DNA of 64,000 nucleotides. Origin: the human T2T-CHM13v2.0 reference genome, Homo sapiens. A program made the position numbers and the translations under genes. Location: the NCBI RefSeq assembly GCF_009914755.1, contig NC_060929.1, one strand, 5' to 3'. The notes under the pieces were generated by a model. The model worked only from the letters and a program-made list of their open reading frames with translations, was not told the origin of the DNA and did no database searches. Positions within the stretch are counted from its first letter, which is position 1, and every line of letters starts with the position of its first letter. Below are positions 13,506 through 26,559 of the stretch, piece by piece.

Positions 13506-13957
13506 TGTTAGGGTGATCGGGTCCCAACACCAGGTCTTGGGGGTGACAAAGTCTGGCAGAGTCAAAGGAATGAGGAAAGACAGTTTGAGAGAGCAAGTGG
13601 GTCCAGGTGGCCAAAGCGAGAATGGAGGCTGTGAAGGCCCCGAGCTCTGGAAGCCCAGACTATTTATTGGTGATCAAACAAAGAAACAGGTGATGAGAAT
13701 GTGGGGGTCGAAAGGGCAAGCACATGATCTACAGTTGTGATGGTTTAGCATTTCCTTTGAAGCATGTGGAACATATTCTGCTACTTGAGATGATGGGGAG
13801 CATGTTCTTCTAGTTTAAGCTAGAAGCAAGGAGCCTGCAAGTCTGGACTAACGAGTCCAGGGGCCACGAGGGGTTTTATGCCCCAAGTCCTGGGCATTAT
13901 GTCAGACCCACAAGTCCTGCCTCAGCTTTTTTCCCAACACTCGGCTTTTTCCCAACA
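13506..13957 (-). mobile_element. Solo LTR, LTR3-type (HERV-K HML-6)
   Basis: 452 bp bounded by TGTT...AACA; perfect 6-bp TSD GTAGCC (13500-13505 / 13958-13963); TTTATT signal; resembles recalled LTR3 consensus. Confidence 0.85.
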
Positions 13958-14564
13958 GTAGCCAAGTGAAAATAACAACTGATGGAAAAAAATGAAATTT
14001 AAGGAATTCTGGGGCAGGGACCTAGAAGTATATAACAGTAAGGGCCAAGACACTTGCAGAATTTCTAGCTTTATGACTCCTGGTCCTCTTTACCTTCTTT
14101 TCTTTCTATCCCCCACAAGCTTGTGAGGATGAAAGGGTATTTTAGTGACCTTTGATCATATTCCTTTTTATGGGCCCTTCCTACACATTCAATAGCTTCT
14201 TTCTTTGTTATGAGAAAAAGATTAAATTAATGATCGTGATGATAAAATGAGTTGCACCGCCTGAGGCAATGTATGCCACACGTTGTAAGCAGTGGCGAAT
14301 GTGGAGTAGTTGTAAATTTCTTGTAAGAAATCTCTCTGGTCCAAATCTGCACCAGCTCAGCATGCAGTGCTGCTCCCCTAGAACAGAGCAGGACAGACCT
14401 TGTGGGCTCACCTCAAAGGAGGCAATGGAGTTTTGATTGGACCTCACCACAGGTAACCATTTTTTGCTTCAGAAGAAGTTATCAAAAAGCCAGAAAACAT
14501 CTCTCCTCTTAAAACTAGTTGCTGAATACATCACTTATTTAATACCTCTCTTCTCCACCAAAGG

Positions 14565-14565
<1 letters not shown>

Positions 14566-14601
<36 letters not shown>
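14566..14601. repeat. (TG)n microsatellite, ~18 units
   Basis: Direct reading. Confidence 0.95.
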
Positions 14602-14602
<1 letters not shown>

Positions 14603-14928
14603 TCCAGATCTACTCAAACAGTTCAGAAGTAATGTTAAATAAGAAATGAATTCTGCATATGAATGAATTTCAATGCATTTTAGTGTATAGACTGGTCTAA
14701 GTCTCTTGGCTTTCTAAAATATTTACCTTGTTTTTATTTTAAGAGAAGAAAACTTAGGCCTACCTCAGGGGAGGAAGCCACTCCTGGAAGACTCTTTAGC
14801 TTCACTTTTGAGGAAGGTAAAATATTCCTGTGGAATGAATTCCAGGGTGTAAAGGAAGCCTCCAGTCACATTGATAAAAGACCTTCAGTTCTGTCAAGCA
14901 CAGACTGTATGAAAGGTTTCCCTTTCTC

Positions 14929-14979
14929 CATATGTATGCGTACGTGTGTGTGTGTGTGTGTGTGTACGTGCACACACAC
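14929..14979. repeat. 51-bp alternating purine/pyrimidine tract including (TG)n and (CA)n
   Basis: CATATGTATGCGTACG(TG)nTACGTGCACACACAC. Confidence 0.9.
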
Positions 14980-15883
14980 CTATGTCTACATTTAGATTAA
15001 CACTGAATTGTGTTTCACAACCAAGGTGTAAGAAGGAAGACTAATCGTGGCAGACACCCCCACTGCCTCCCTGCTACCCCACGTGGTTTGAAAGTAACAG
15101 AATTCCCTGAACGGTAATATGCTACTTATCTTCCTGTCAGTCATTCAGTACCATTTATAAATTCTAGAGGGCTACTGTTAGTAAAACCCTCTTGCTTTCT
15201 ATTCCTGAGCATGTTTCATCGTTGTCCATTTTGATCTTGGAAATGTAATCTTTAACAAGGTACCAATGTCTGTGAAATGTCACTCCAACAAAGGATATCA
15301 GTATTCTCCATGGCTTTTGTTGTACTCGGATTTGACCTTCATTGCTAATTGTTGGTCTGTGTTCCTAGCTTATGGCTTATTTGGACATACATTTCTTCTG
15401 TTACCACTTCAAAGCTTTTGTCTAGAAATTAGACTGGTAAAATAATATAGAAGGGTTTTCCCCTATGATATCCTTTTCCTTTGATACAAATAATTGAAAA
15501 TTGGGTATGATAGCATAAAAGGACTTAAAGTTTGAAAGTTTTAAGAAAGATTTGGAGAATCAGGAGTAAAAGAGAACAAATGCATGTGAGTATGAAATAT
15601 TATTTTGCCCAAAATGCTACTTAAAATGGATTTGAATTTAGGTTTATTACAGAAGATGGTTACACATTAGGTCTTTGAAGTTCTAACATCCAGATGTTCT
15701 TTAAAAATCTATTTTAAAGTTCTAACTGGAGATTTTAGAATAAAATTGCCAGAATGTGAAGAGGTAAAAGAAAAGTCAGATTGGAAGGATGCTACAAAAA
15801 ATAAACTTCACCATCAATGACCAGGCAGTGTGAATGGAAGTCAGATGGGAAAGGAAACAGATGCAGAGATGGTCTTGTAATTA

Positions 15884-16285
<402 letters not shown>

Positions 16286-16499
16286 TCATAAAAGTCTACC
16301 CTTCCGGCAGGGCCACCAGGGTGGGAAATTTCTTCATTTTTGGTACACAGGCTGGCATTTCAAAGATGTGAAGACACAGGTCTTTCTCTGAAGGTTGTGG
16401 ATGGTCACATTCTTTAGATACAATTTCTAGAGCTTAGTGTATACTCATTCTAAGGAAAATATTTCTCTCTCAATCTGAGGACCTAAGAAAGCAATGGGA

Positions 16500-16695
16500 G
16501 GCAGAAAGAGAACTTACTCTGGTTTGTTACTTCAGGAAATTTCTTAATCCCTCTAACCCTAACTTCCTCATTTGTAAATTGGTGATGATCATAATAGGGT
16601 TGCTATGAATTTTAAATGAGATCATGGATATTGGTTGCTCAGAGCAATACCTGGCACATAGGAGCTGCTTAATAAATGGTAACCAGCAATTATTA
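16500..16695 (+). mobile_element. MIR
   Basis: CTTCCTCATTTGTAAATTGGTGATGAT...ACCTGGCACATAGGAGCTGCTTAATAAATGGT. Confidence 0.7.
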
Positions 16696-16829
16696 TTAAA
16701 ATCATAGAGAGTAATTCATCTTAGGCTTTTGTCAAAAGAGACTTATTATCTTTGCTCAGTTGCTTAGATGACTTGTGAACCCCTCTGAATTTACACTTGG
16801 CATTTGTCTTTTATTGGCAATTCTTTCAG

Positions 16830-17245
16830 TGTCCCTCCAGTATCTCTTAGACCTTACCTCTTTGGTGCACTCTGGCAGACTTCCAACTGGCAGATGGTGT
16901 CTGCCATCTTCCAGCCCAAGAGCTTCCATAAGCTATTGACGTCTGCTCTGTCTGTGTAGATGGCAGGGAGGAAGGGATGGGAGCTAAGAACCCTCCAGGA
17001 ACAGCCCTCAGCCAGGGATTGATGGGAGGGATACGCAAGTGCCCTAGCACCCTTCTCCTTCACGTGGAATTTTCTGATTCCCAGAGTTTCTCTGCGGATT
17101 AGCTCCGGTTGCCTATAATATTACCCAGTGAATAACAGACCCTTTAATGATTTTTTTTTCTCTTCTCTTTCTCACCATCTTACTCCCCTGTTGGATTCCC
17201 CCTACCCCATTTCTCACATTTAACTACTTGAACTAGGATGCTTAG
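16830..17245 (+). mobile_element. LTR16-type ERVL LTR relic, cut at its 3' end by the tubulin retrocopy
   Basis: CAGCCCTCAGCCAGGGA...CCCAGAGTTTCTCTGCGGATTAGCTCCGGTTGCC...TAACTACTTGAACT resembles recalled LTR16 consensus. Confidence 0.5.
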
Positions 17246-17250
17246 TGAGG

Positions 17251-17927
17251 TTTTTTTTGACACTTAAAATGGAATTATTACTTTTATTGACAATTTAGGG
17301 ATATAATGGACATTTTCACAGAACAAAAATGAGACAGTCCCAAGACAATGGAGTATAAAAGTATAGCACACAGGTTAATACTCTTCACTCTCATCCTTTC
17401 CCTCAGCACTATCTGCTCCAACCTCCTCATAATCCTTTTCAAGGGCAGCCATGTCCTCAGGGGCTCCAGAAAACTCTTCTTCCTCCATCCCCTCACCCAC
17501 GTACCAGTGAACAAAGGCATGCTTTGCATACATCAGGTCAAAGTTTTGGTCCAGGTGAGCCCAGGCCTCAGCGACAGCTGTGGTGTTGTTCAACATGCAC
17601 ACAACTTTCTGTACTTTGGCTAGGTCTCCACTAGGCACCACAGTGGGAGGTTGGTAGTTAATACCAACCCTGAAGCCAGTGGGGCACTAATCCACAAACT
17701 GGATAGTACACTTGGTCTTGATGGTGGCAATGGCAGCATTGACATCTTTGGGAACCATGTCACCATGGTATGACAGACAGCAAGCCATGTATTTACCATG
17801 GTGAGGGTCACATTTCACTACCTGGATGGCTGGCTCAAAGCAAGCACTGGTGATCTTGCTAGTTACCTCAAAGCAAGCACTGGTGATCTTGCTAGTTACC
17901 TCAAAGCAAGCACTGGTGATCTTGCTA
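17251..17927 (-). pseudogene. TUBA1C: 5'-truncated processed pseudogene of alpha-tubulin, TUBA1C type (symbol is the parent gene)
   Basis: Encodes the C-terminal third of alpha-tubulin ending [17 protein letters not shown]; in-frame TAG replacing Trp at 17687-17689; TUBA1C-like 3'UTR (TAACCTGTGTGCT...), AATAAA at 17283-17288 and A8 tail at 17251-17258; no introns. Confidence 0.92.
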
Positions 17928-17934
17928 GTTACCT
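17834..17934. repeat. Perfect 33-bp tandem triplication
   Basis: CTCAAAGCAAGCACTGGTGATCTTGCTAGTTAC at 17834, 17867 and 17900. Confidence 0.97.
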
Positions 17935-18079
17935 TTATGGTTAACTTACATTTCCCTATACACGTTATTTACTTACAGTATTGTTTAAATAATTATACAG
18001 TGTAAAGGTGATATAAAAAGCATAATGGCTCTATTAAATTTATAATTAAATGCATTCACTTTAAGCATATAAGAGTAGG

Positions 18080-18442
18080 TGATATGGTTTGGCTCTGTGT
18101 CCCCACTCAAATCTCATCTCAAAATTATAATCTTCACATGTCAAGGGAGAGCCCTGGTAGGAAGTGATGGGATCCTAGGGATAGTTTCCCCCATGCTGTC
18201 CTATGATAGTGAGTGAGTTCTCATGAGATCTGATGGTTTTAAAAGTGGCCATTTCCCCTGCTCCCTCTCTCTCCTGCCACCGTGGGAAGATGTGCCTTTG
18301 CTTCCCATTTCCCCACCATGATTGTGTAAGTTTCCTGAGGCTTCCCCAGCCACGTGGAACTGAGAGTCAATTAAACCTCCTTCCTTTATAAATTACCAGC
18401 CTTGGGTAGTTCTTTCCAGCAGTGTAAAAATGGACTAATACA
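18080..18442 (+). mobile_element. THE1-type (C/D) solo MaLR LTR
   Basis: TGATATGGTTTGG...GGACTAATACA; perfect 5-bp TSD GTAGG (18075-18079 / 18443-18447). Confidence 0.9.
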
Positions 18443-20362
18443 GTAGGCATCACTTATGTGAAATGCTAAGGGGTAAATAATCTAAGATAAACAGGTCCAA
18501 TGTCATTTAATTCCAATATCATCTACAGTCATGGAGTCTTGCTGAATTCAATTGTCTGCACACAGTAGTGATCGGTAACTTAGGAACACTAGATTAAATT
18601 GACAGCTATTAACAAAGTTTAGAAGAATGGATATGGGAGGGGAATTGACTGTCAGTTCATATTCTTTTACTACTTTATTATTTAAAAAGCAAAGTAAAAA
18701 GTGCGACTCTACATTTCTCACTTTGTTCTCTTATTTGAGGAATAAAAGGAGTGAAAATGGAAGCAAAGTATAAGTTCTTTCTTAGTAAAAAGCAGATTAT
18801 ATTCTCAATACAACTTTAATTAGAAGGTTATACCTGCATAACTTATTGGAGTAGCTTGATTTTGAATTTGGAGCCCATCTCTAGGAGGCAAATGAATAGA
18901 GACCAATAGGAAGGGACTGAAGGGGACAGGACGGTTAAGGGCTCAGCTGGAAACCATATATAATCACAGATCAGTATCTTACAACTGCTTCCTTATCGTA
19001 AATATAAAAGCGAGGCCAGAAGCACCCCACATTTATAGTACATGTTGATAACATATTATCATCATGACACCTATTTTTCATTCTTTCTGAGGTTTCATGT
19101 CTTCCCAGGTTTACTTTTCTAGTTTCATGCATTGACTGCACATTTGATTCTGGGGAGCTGTTCCATCTGTGTGTCAGGTTGGCAAGAGGTAAAAAGTCTC
19201 TCACTAGTGTTGCCTACTCACAGGATGATTCTGCCTTCCAAATACACCTGGGACCATACATTCAGTGTTTTGTGTTTGCCTATCAGGATGGTTTGCAAAT
19301 GATATCAGTGGTTGTACCTTCAAAATAGCAGTTTTCAAACTCTTATTTTCCCAGCAATTGAATAATTTTTTCAGATATAATATTCTGTAGAACTCCAAAA
19401 CATAATTATATATGAAAACACTGATTCAACAGAAAGGTAGCTGAAAATGGTAACAGCCTGCTATATACTCTCACTGCATTCATTATTTATCCAGAAACAT
19501 GAAAGAGATGGTAAGAAATTTTCATTTCAAAATTTAATCACCAACAATATCTAACTGCTGCTTGTATTTCTTATTGTAAACATCAAAGTCAGACAGGTAG
19601 CACATAAAACTTGTAATACGTACTAAAATTTATAATTCAACAAAACTGAGACATGACCTGCTAGAAATTAAATTCTTATTGAAAAATTGACTATTACATG
19701 ATAAGACTATGTTCCAAGCAGATGAGTCTGAATATCATTTGGTGTAAACATGGGAGGGTCATGTTATTGCATGACTGGGTTACTGATATGGGAAAAATGA
19801 GTTATCATATAAATCTTATAGAAATACAGTTTACTGTGATATGCTCAAAGGATGTGCACTTAGCAAATCATACCAACAGGTATCAGATCAGGCTGGGGGA
19901 TATTCAAGGATCATGGATTCTCTATTCTCCTTGGTTCTCCCTGTACACAATTCTATCTGGTTGCAAAAAACCCAGAATAGGGCCTCTTCTAACCCTTTAT
20001 AATTCAAATTTGTCACCCTGAAACTCCAGCATGATTCCCTAACATGATTGCAAAATCCCATTAACCAACCCTTGTAGTAACTTAGTCACATTGTTTTTTT
20101 TACTTCACCACTAGCATCATCTTGCTACACTGCCACAGATTATGTAATAATGGCCAGGTGTTGCGCATGCCCACTATGGGCTGGCCTAGCGTATAGGCCT
20201 CAATAAAGCCATTCACATATGTGGGGACTTGCTTGTACATCTGAAGAATGAAAGTAAATCAGGCACTGACTTTGAAAAAAGAAAAAGACCAGGGCTAATC
20301 TATATTTTTACTAAGAAATACTTAACAGAAGGTCATCTATACATACAGATTTTTACAGAAGC

Positions 20363-20660
20363 TTTTTTTTTTTTGAGATGGAGTCTCATCCTGTCCTCCA
20401 GGCTAGAGTACAGTGGCATGATCTAGGCTCACTACTACCTCCACCTCTTGGGTTCAAACGATTCTTGTGCACCAGCCTCCTGAGTAGCTGGGACTACAGG
20501 TGCCTGCTACCATGCCTGGCTAATTTTTGTATTTTTAGTAGAGATGGGTTTCACCATATTGGTCAGGCTGGTCTTGAACTCCTGAGCTCAAATCAAGCAA
20601 TCTGCCCTCCTCAGCCTCCCAAAGTGTTGGGATTACAGGTGTGAGCCACCATGCCTGGCC
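20363..20660 (-). mobile_element. AluS element
   Basis: Reverse Alu; TSD TACAGAAGCTTT / TATAGAAGCTTT. Confidence 0.95.
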
Positions 20661-22159
20661 TATAGAAGCTTTATACTGAGATGTGCACACAAGAATGGGT
20701 TAACAAGGCAATACCTTGAAAGGATGTTCACCAAAATGTGTTCAAATGTCTATAATACATGTGAGTTAGTATTTTCTGGTATATTCCCAAAGTGTTAAAA
20801 TATATTAAAATAAAAAATTTGAGTGAAATTGTTTGTATGAAACATGTTGAACTATGCAGAATTTTAGAGCTTCTAGAAACATAGCTTGAAAATATATCCT
20901 AAAATGAGGTCCCTGACTTTGGGTGGCTGTTTGCAGATTGAATTTGGATTATTGCCATTTTACAAATGAAGAAAGAAAAAACAAACATCTCCCCCTAAAA
21001 AAAAAAAAGTCTAAGGAATTTCAGTTGACACAGGCATGATTACTCAGGAACTCAGTGGCAGAAATGAAAAGTGGAACTGAGGTCTTCTGTGCTGAAGTCC
21101 AGGAATCAAATGAACTAAACTTCCAGTAAGTAGAGCCTAGCACAGAAGTTACAGATTAGAGCTGCATTATTGTAATTTGGTGTAAAACAAAATTCATTTA
21201 ACTCAGCTGGGAACTATTAATTGTTTAAAAATAATACTAAGATATAATTTCCTATTACTTTGACTTTTTTCCTAATCCATGTCTGATGGCTTGGGAATGA
21301 TAAACAATTGAAATGTAAAGCTATGTGTAGAAATAATCATTAGGCTATGAAGGCAGAACCAGTACTGGCAGAAATTGTAAGCCACTGTCTTTGGCTATAA
21401 AATCATCCATAATAATCTTCTTAATAGTTTTTGAGCCATCAGGTAGATTATAAAGGGTTTGTAAAAAACCAAGTGTCATTTGCTTTTCCTTAACAAATGC
21501 TAAAGTACATTCCCAATAGATGATCATTTTACATGACCATCATTTAAAGAAATCCTTTTCCTCAAAGTAAAATTTTGAACAATCTACTGTAGACTGAAGG
21601 TTTGGGTGGTTATTTGCATCTAATCTCATTCTCATGGGAAATTTTGAGCCACCCCCTCTCCCTATCATGGGGATTTAAGGGGTGGCTCAGGCAAGGTGCT
21701 CACCTTGGAAATGCATGACAAGGTTTCAGTAGTGGAGGAAGGCATGGGGTGAGTATTCAATAAAGCCATTTAGTTTGCTCACTCAAAAGATAAGTTGAAA
21801 GGATGAAAAAGGATCTAGAAATGGAAGACAAAGTCAATAGTAGAATTGAGACAATGTGAAAGCAGGTGGACACGGAGCATAAAAGGGTCTCGTACATTTA
21901 TTGATTTTCAAGCATGTGATTTTATTAGTTTTGGAAGGTAGGTATAAACATATGTTTATGTATGTGCAATCATTCTTTTCCTTTTACTGAGAGTCCTTGA
22001 TATAATGTAGGGATTAGGGTCAGTGATAGTTAGTGGGTATAAATCAACAAAGGAACAGATCTTATAAACCAGTTCAATTAAAGAATATTAATAACTAATA
22101 ATCACATGAGAAGATAGGGCATGTTTAGGCCATTGCATACAAACAGAGGATACATTTTA

Positions 22160-22657
22160 AAAAATTTTAAGTTCCAGAATACATGTACAGGATGTGCAGG
22201 TTTGTTACATAAGTAAATGTGTGCCATGGTGGTTTGCTGCACCTATTAACCCATTGCCTAGGTATTATGCCCTGCATGCATTACCTCTTTATCTTGATGC
22301 TCTCCCTTCCCCAACCCTCCCAACAGGCCCCAGTGTGTGTTGTTCCCCTCCCTGTGTCCATGTGTTCTCGCTGTTCAGCTCCCACTTATAAATGAGAACA
22401 TGTGGTGTTTGGTTTTCTGTAGCTGTGTTAGTTTGCTGAGGATAATGGCTTCCAGCTCCATCGATGCCCCTGCAAAGGACGTGATCTTATTCCTTTTTAT
22501 GGCTGCATAGTATTCCATGGTATATATGTACCACATTTGCTTTATCTATTATATCATTGATGGGCATTTGGGCTGGTTCCATGTCTCTGCTATTGTGAAT
22601 AGTGCTGCAATGAACATAGGCGTGCATGTATCTTTACAATAGAATGATTTATATTCC
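22160..22657 (-). mobile_element. 5'-truncated L1PA7/8-type 3' end
   Basis: Antisense L1 3'UTR and ORF2 tail; TSD AGAGGATACATTTTA (22145-22159) / AAAGGAAACATTTTA (22658-22672). Confidence 0.85.
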
Positions 22658-24264
22658 AAAGGAAACATTTTATGTCAAAAATATACTATCCCTATAATAT
22701 GTATTTGCCCCCAGTGGGATAATTCTGGGAGTAAGACAGTGTAATGCAGTTTGTTGGGTTGTTGCAGGGCTTCAAACGTTCTGCTCCCAAACATGACTTT
22801 CTTTCTTCATTCTTCTTTTTGACAAGAATACTTACAGACTTGGCAGAGTAGAAACAATGACAGAATATATATTCTTAGTAGATAAACAGGTTATTAAAGT
22901 AGCTTTTGATTGGATAGGGCCAAAAAGTATCACGAATAACCAAGTGTTCATTTTATTCCAGGGAGGATGTTGGGTAAATGACTCTGATTTAGGGCCAGGT
23001 GTTAACAACCTGAGCTAGTGGCAAAAGAGACTTGCTGTGTCACTTCGGAAAGCACGTGTTGACGAACATTGTTGCTCTTTCTGATGGCAGTCTTTCTCAT
23101 CATTTGCCACAGCTGAGAAGGCAGGCATCTCCCACAAAGTTGTTTAGATGACAGGTGCTTCTTGCATGGACTCTCTGAGTTAACTACTTTTATAGAGATT
23201 CCTTTCCAGCTCAAGCTGGGATTACAGAAACCATTCAGCAAATGAACTTTGACTGAACCAGCTGCTCCATATATAACATATTGAGGCTCTTCCACTTGTT
23301 TGAAGCCTGGTACAATTTATCTGCACAGGTGCTGCAGTTGGAAAGCTATTAAATTTTCATTTATGTTGGCATTTCACAGGCATTCAAGCTTTCCAGAGCT
23401 GGAACAGGCTGCCATCTTAAATGACAGGATTTATAGGAAGTTCAAATCTTATGGAGAGAAAAGGGAACATGTAGGCAATGACCTTGTTGGCTCATAATGT
23501 CTCCTTGATTTCTGAACTTATTCAGTATTTTGTCCTTCCTGCATTCCAGATGCTGTTGTGCCAGATTCATTAACTGACTAACCCTGCTTTTCATTTTAAT
23601 GACAAACATTTCTAACGTCCAAATAATAAGCTCTGGTCTCAATAGTGACTGCTGACTTTAATCACTGGTCATCTGCTAGTCAGCTCTAGCTTAGTCTTAA
23701 AGACTTGCCTGAAGTTAGCGTTCTGTGGTGCTATATGAAAAAAACTGATTAAAAATGGCCCAAAAGACTAGATTAACATATGAATGGATTATTATTTTCA
23801 CCCAAACACAGATGAAAGTGACACAAATAGGATAAATACATCCTATTCTGGAGCAGGGCATGTCTAGAGTGAGTAGAAAAGAGACAAAAATATGAAAATT
23901 GGTTAGCCCTTACACTAGAAGCTGGGAGTAAAGTGACATATTAAAAATTCCTTTAAGTTTCTTAAGAAATGATTTTATCCTTGAGTCTGAATGTTAAACA
24001 CAATGGAACCCGTTGGACTCTTGATTATACGGTGGGAGTCCTATACTTACTTTATAAGATGGCTACATACATTGGGTCTTTTTATCTAGCCTGAGTTACT
24101 GTATTAGACAGAACATTAAGATAGTAGTTACATGTCATAGGGGATTTACAATATTACAGTGCACTGTGCTGTGATACTTCTCCCCTTTTATTCTCTCCCC
24201 ATTCTCCTCCTTCTCCTTAGAACATACAGAAGAAGGCGGAAATTTTCTAAACTCCTTTTATCTT

Positions 24265-24470
24265 TAAATATTTACCATGTGCCTGGCCCTCTGCTAAGCA
24301 TATAGTCTTAATCACCTCACTTAATGCCCTCAACAAACAACAGAGGTAAGCATTATTGGCACCATTTTACAGAAAGGAAACTGAGGCTAAGAGAGTAAAG
24401 AAACTCATGCAAGTTTCTGTAACTAGTAAGTGATACAGCTGAGGTTCAAATCCATGTCTCACTGCAAAAG
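24265..24470 (-). mobile_element. MIR
   Basis: Core CCATTTTACAGAAAGGAAACTGAGGCT. Confidence 0.8.
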
Positions 24471-26128
24471 CCTTTTACTCCCACCTGATTGATACGCATC
24501 AACTTTAAATCAATGTTTTCTTTAAAAAAGTTTAGAGAAAAAGAGACCAAGTCTTTGACTTGAGTTAAAAAGGAATTCCATAAATCTGAATCTCAAAATA
24601 CCTTTAAGTTAATGAAATAAGAAACAATATGAAGAAGGGAAGGCATTCTCAGGGATTGGAATAGTTACTATTCCCATAGCATTGTGCCTGTTTCATCAAA
24701 TATGAATTGATGATGATTCAATAAAAAAAGACCCCTGAGCCCTAAAGCTGAAGAATGTAAAGACACCTTTTGAGACTTGACAGTCAGTGAATGTTTGATT
24801 CTTCACCATTGCTATGTATTAAGGGCAAATATAGATCTAATTACAGAATGTAATTTTATTCTTCTCAGTATTCTAGACAGAAAGTGCATTCAGCAGCAGT
24901 GACGTCTACTCCAGAGAAATGTGGCTGGAGAGTCACAGGCAGTGCCAGCAATTGCTCCCCCAAGAAGCACTGTTCCTGTGGATTGGCAGATGTCTTTGGG
25001 ATCAAATGTGGTAGTTGTCTTGGAGGGCTTAGGAAGGTTGAATGCTGAGAAATGATGGCCCTATGGATGGTTGTTGTGAAATAGATCTTTGTTAGGCAGG
25101 CAGGGATTTGTTTAAGATCCCAAACACTGAAATGGTTGTCTTACCACATGGAACATGGCTTTTATGATGGGAATGTTCAGCAACTTGAGGTCAAGAGGAG
25201 TTTCAATAAAAAGAGGAAAAGCACATAGGTCAATTACATTTTGCTCATCTGGACAGGTGTTTGCCTCTGAAGCTTGGCATGTCTTTGGACACAGTGCATC
25301 CTTCTGTCATGATGTGCTTTAGCCATTGTGGGCAGGTATTTCGTTACTGCTATGCTGCCAGTGGATTAGGGGGACTGTTTGCTGATGGAGCTCACTGGCA
25401 GCTCCTTGTGCATCTTCTTACTGTTCTTACCCTCCAGGAGGTGTCATGCCTTCATCTTCTTCTACTGCTCACCTCAGGCACAGCAGATGCTTTATCCCCT
25501 GGCACCACCGTGAACCTGGGAGCATGGCATCTGTCCTTGAAGCTGATTGTGTCAAGCATTTAATATTTGTACACTTAAACCTTGCCAGAAGCTAAATGAG
25601 CACAACATTTTCTTAAAACTTATTCTTAACATTTGACAACTAATTTTTTTAAAGGTTTAACCAGCTTATTTTGTTGGCATTTTCTATTATTGTTTTATGA
25701 ATTTTCTATTAATTCTCCATTCACACAAGTGCCAAAATTGATGTGCCCTTTATTTGTCATTCATTTCATGTAACTCAATATCTATGGATATTTAAACTTC
25801 TTTAAGCATGTTTCATGGTGGCAGTGGCCATTACAAACAATTTTGAGGTTCTTAGAGCCCTCCATAACAGGGAAGATGGAAAAAAATAAGAATCTTCACT
25901 TTTCTAGAGGAAGTGGGACCAGACCTTCCAGTATTCTAGAATGTGTAAAATAATTGCTGTTTAAAACCACAAGACTGTTTAAGCATCTATAGTGCAGTTT
26001 TGTTTGTTTCAGAAGGACATCATTTAGTTTCTCTGTATTACATACAGTGTCTGATAAATAATCCCCCGTGCCTGTACATTCATTCTGTTAGGAGTTTAAA
26101 GACTTTATTCTCACAAATTATACAGGCT

Positions 26129-26182
26129 GACTTTTGTTTATGCTGTTATAATAAGGACTTTTGTTTATGCTGTTATAATAAG
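26129..26182. repeat. Perfect 27-bp tandem duplication
   Basis: GACTTTTGTTTATGCTGTTATAATAAG x2. Confidence 0.95.
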
Positions 26183-26559
26183 TAGTTTGGTGCCTGTTAT
26201 AAGTAGCCTTGCAAATAATGTTCTGGAATTATCAGGTCCACTAAAATCTTTTTGGCCTGGAATGTATTCATTGATCCTACTCACCTCATTGTGCTCAACT
26301 TAGCCTGTCTAAGCTTCCTTACTTGTTTCCACAGATTTCCCTCCAAGTCGGAGTCCCTATAACCAGTACTGCCAAAGCAGGTACACTCAAAGTTCATTCA
26401 CCCTGATGGATCATAGATATCCATGTCTACCAGACACAGTGGGAATATACTGTGAAAAGAGAATATGTCAAGTTCTTCTGGCTGGCATCTCATGAGACTC
26501 TCTTGGCATATTGGCCAATATGCTTTTAAGATTCTCATAGTCTTTGTCTTTAGAAAAAA

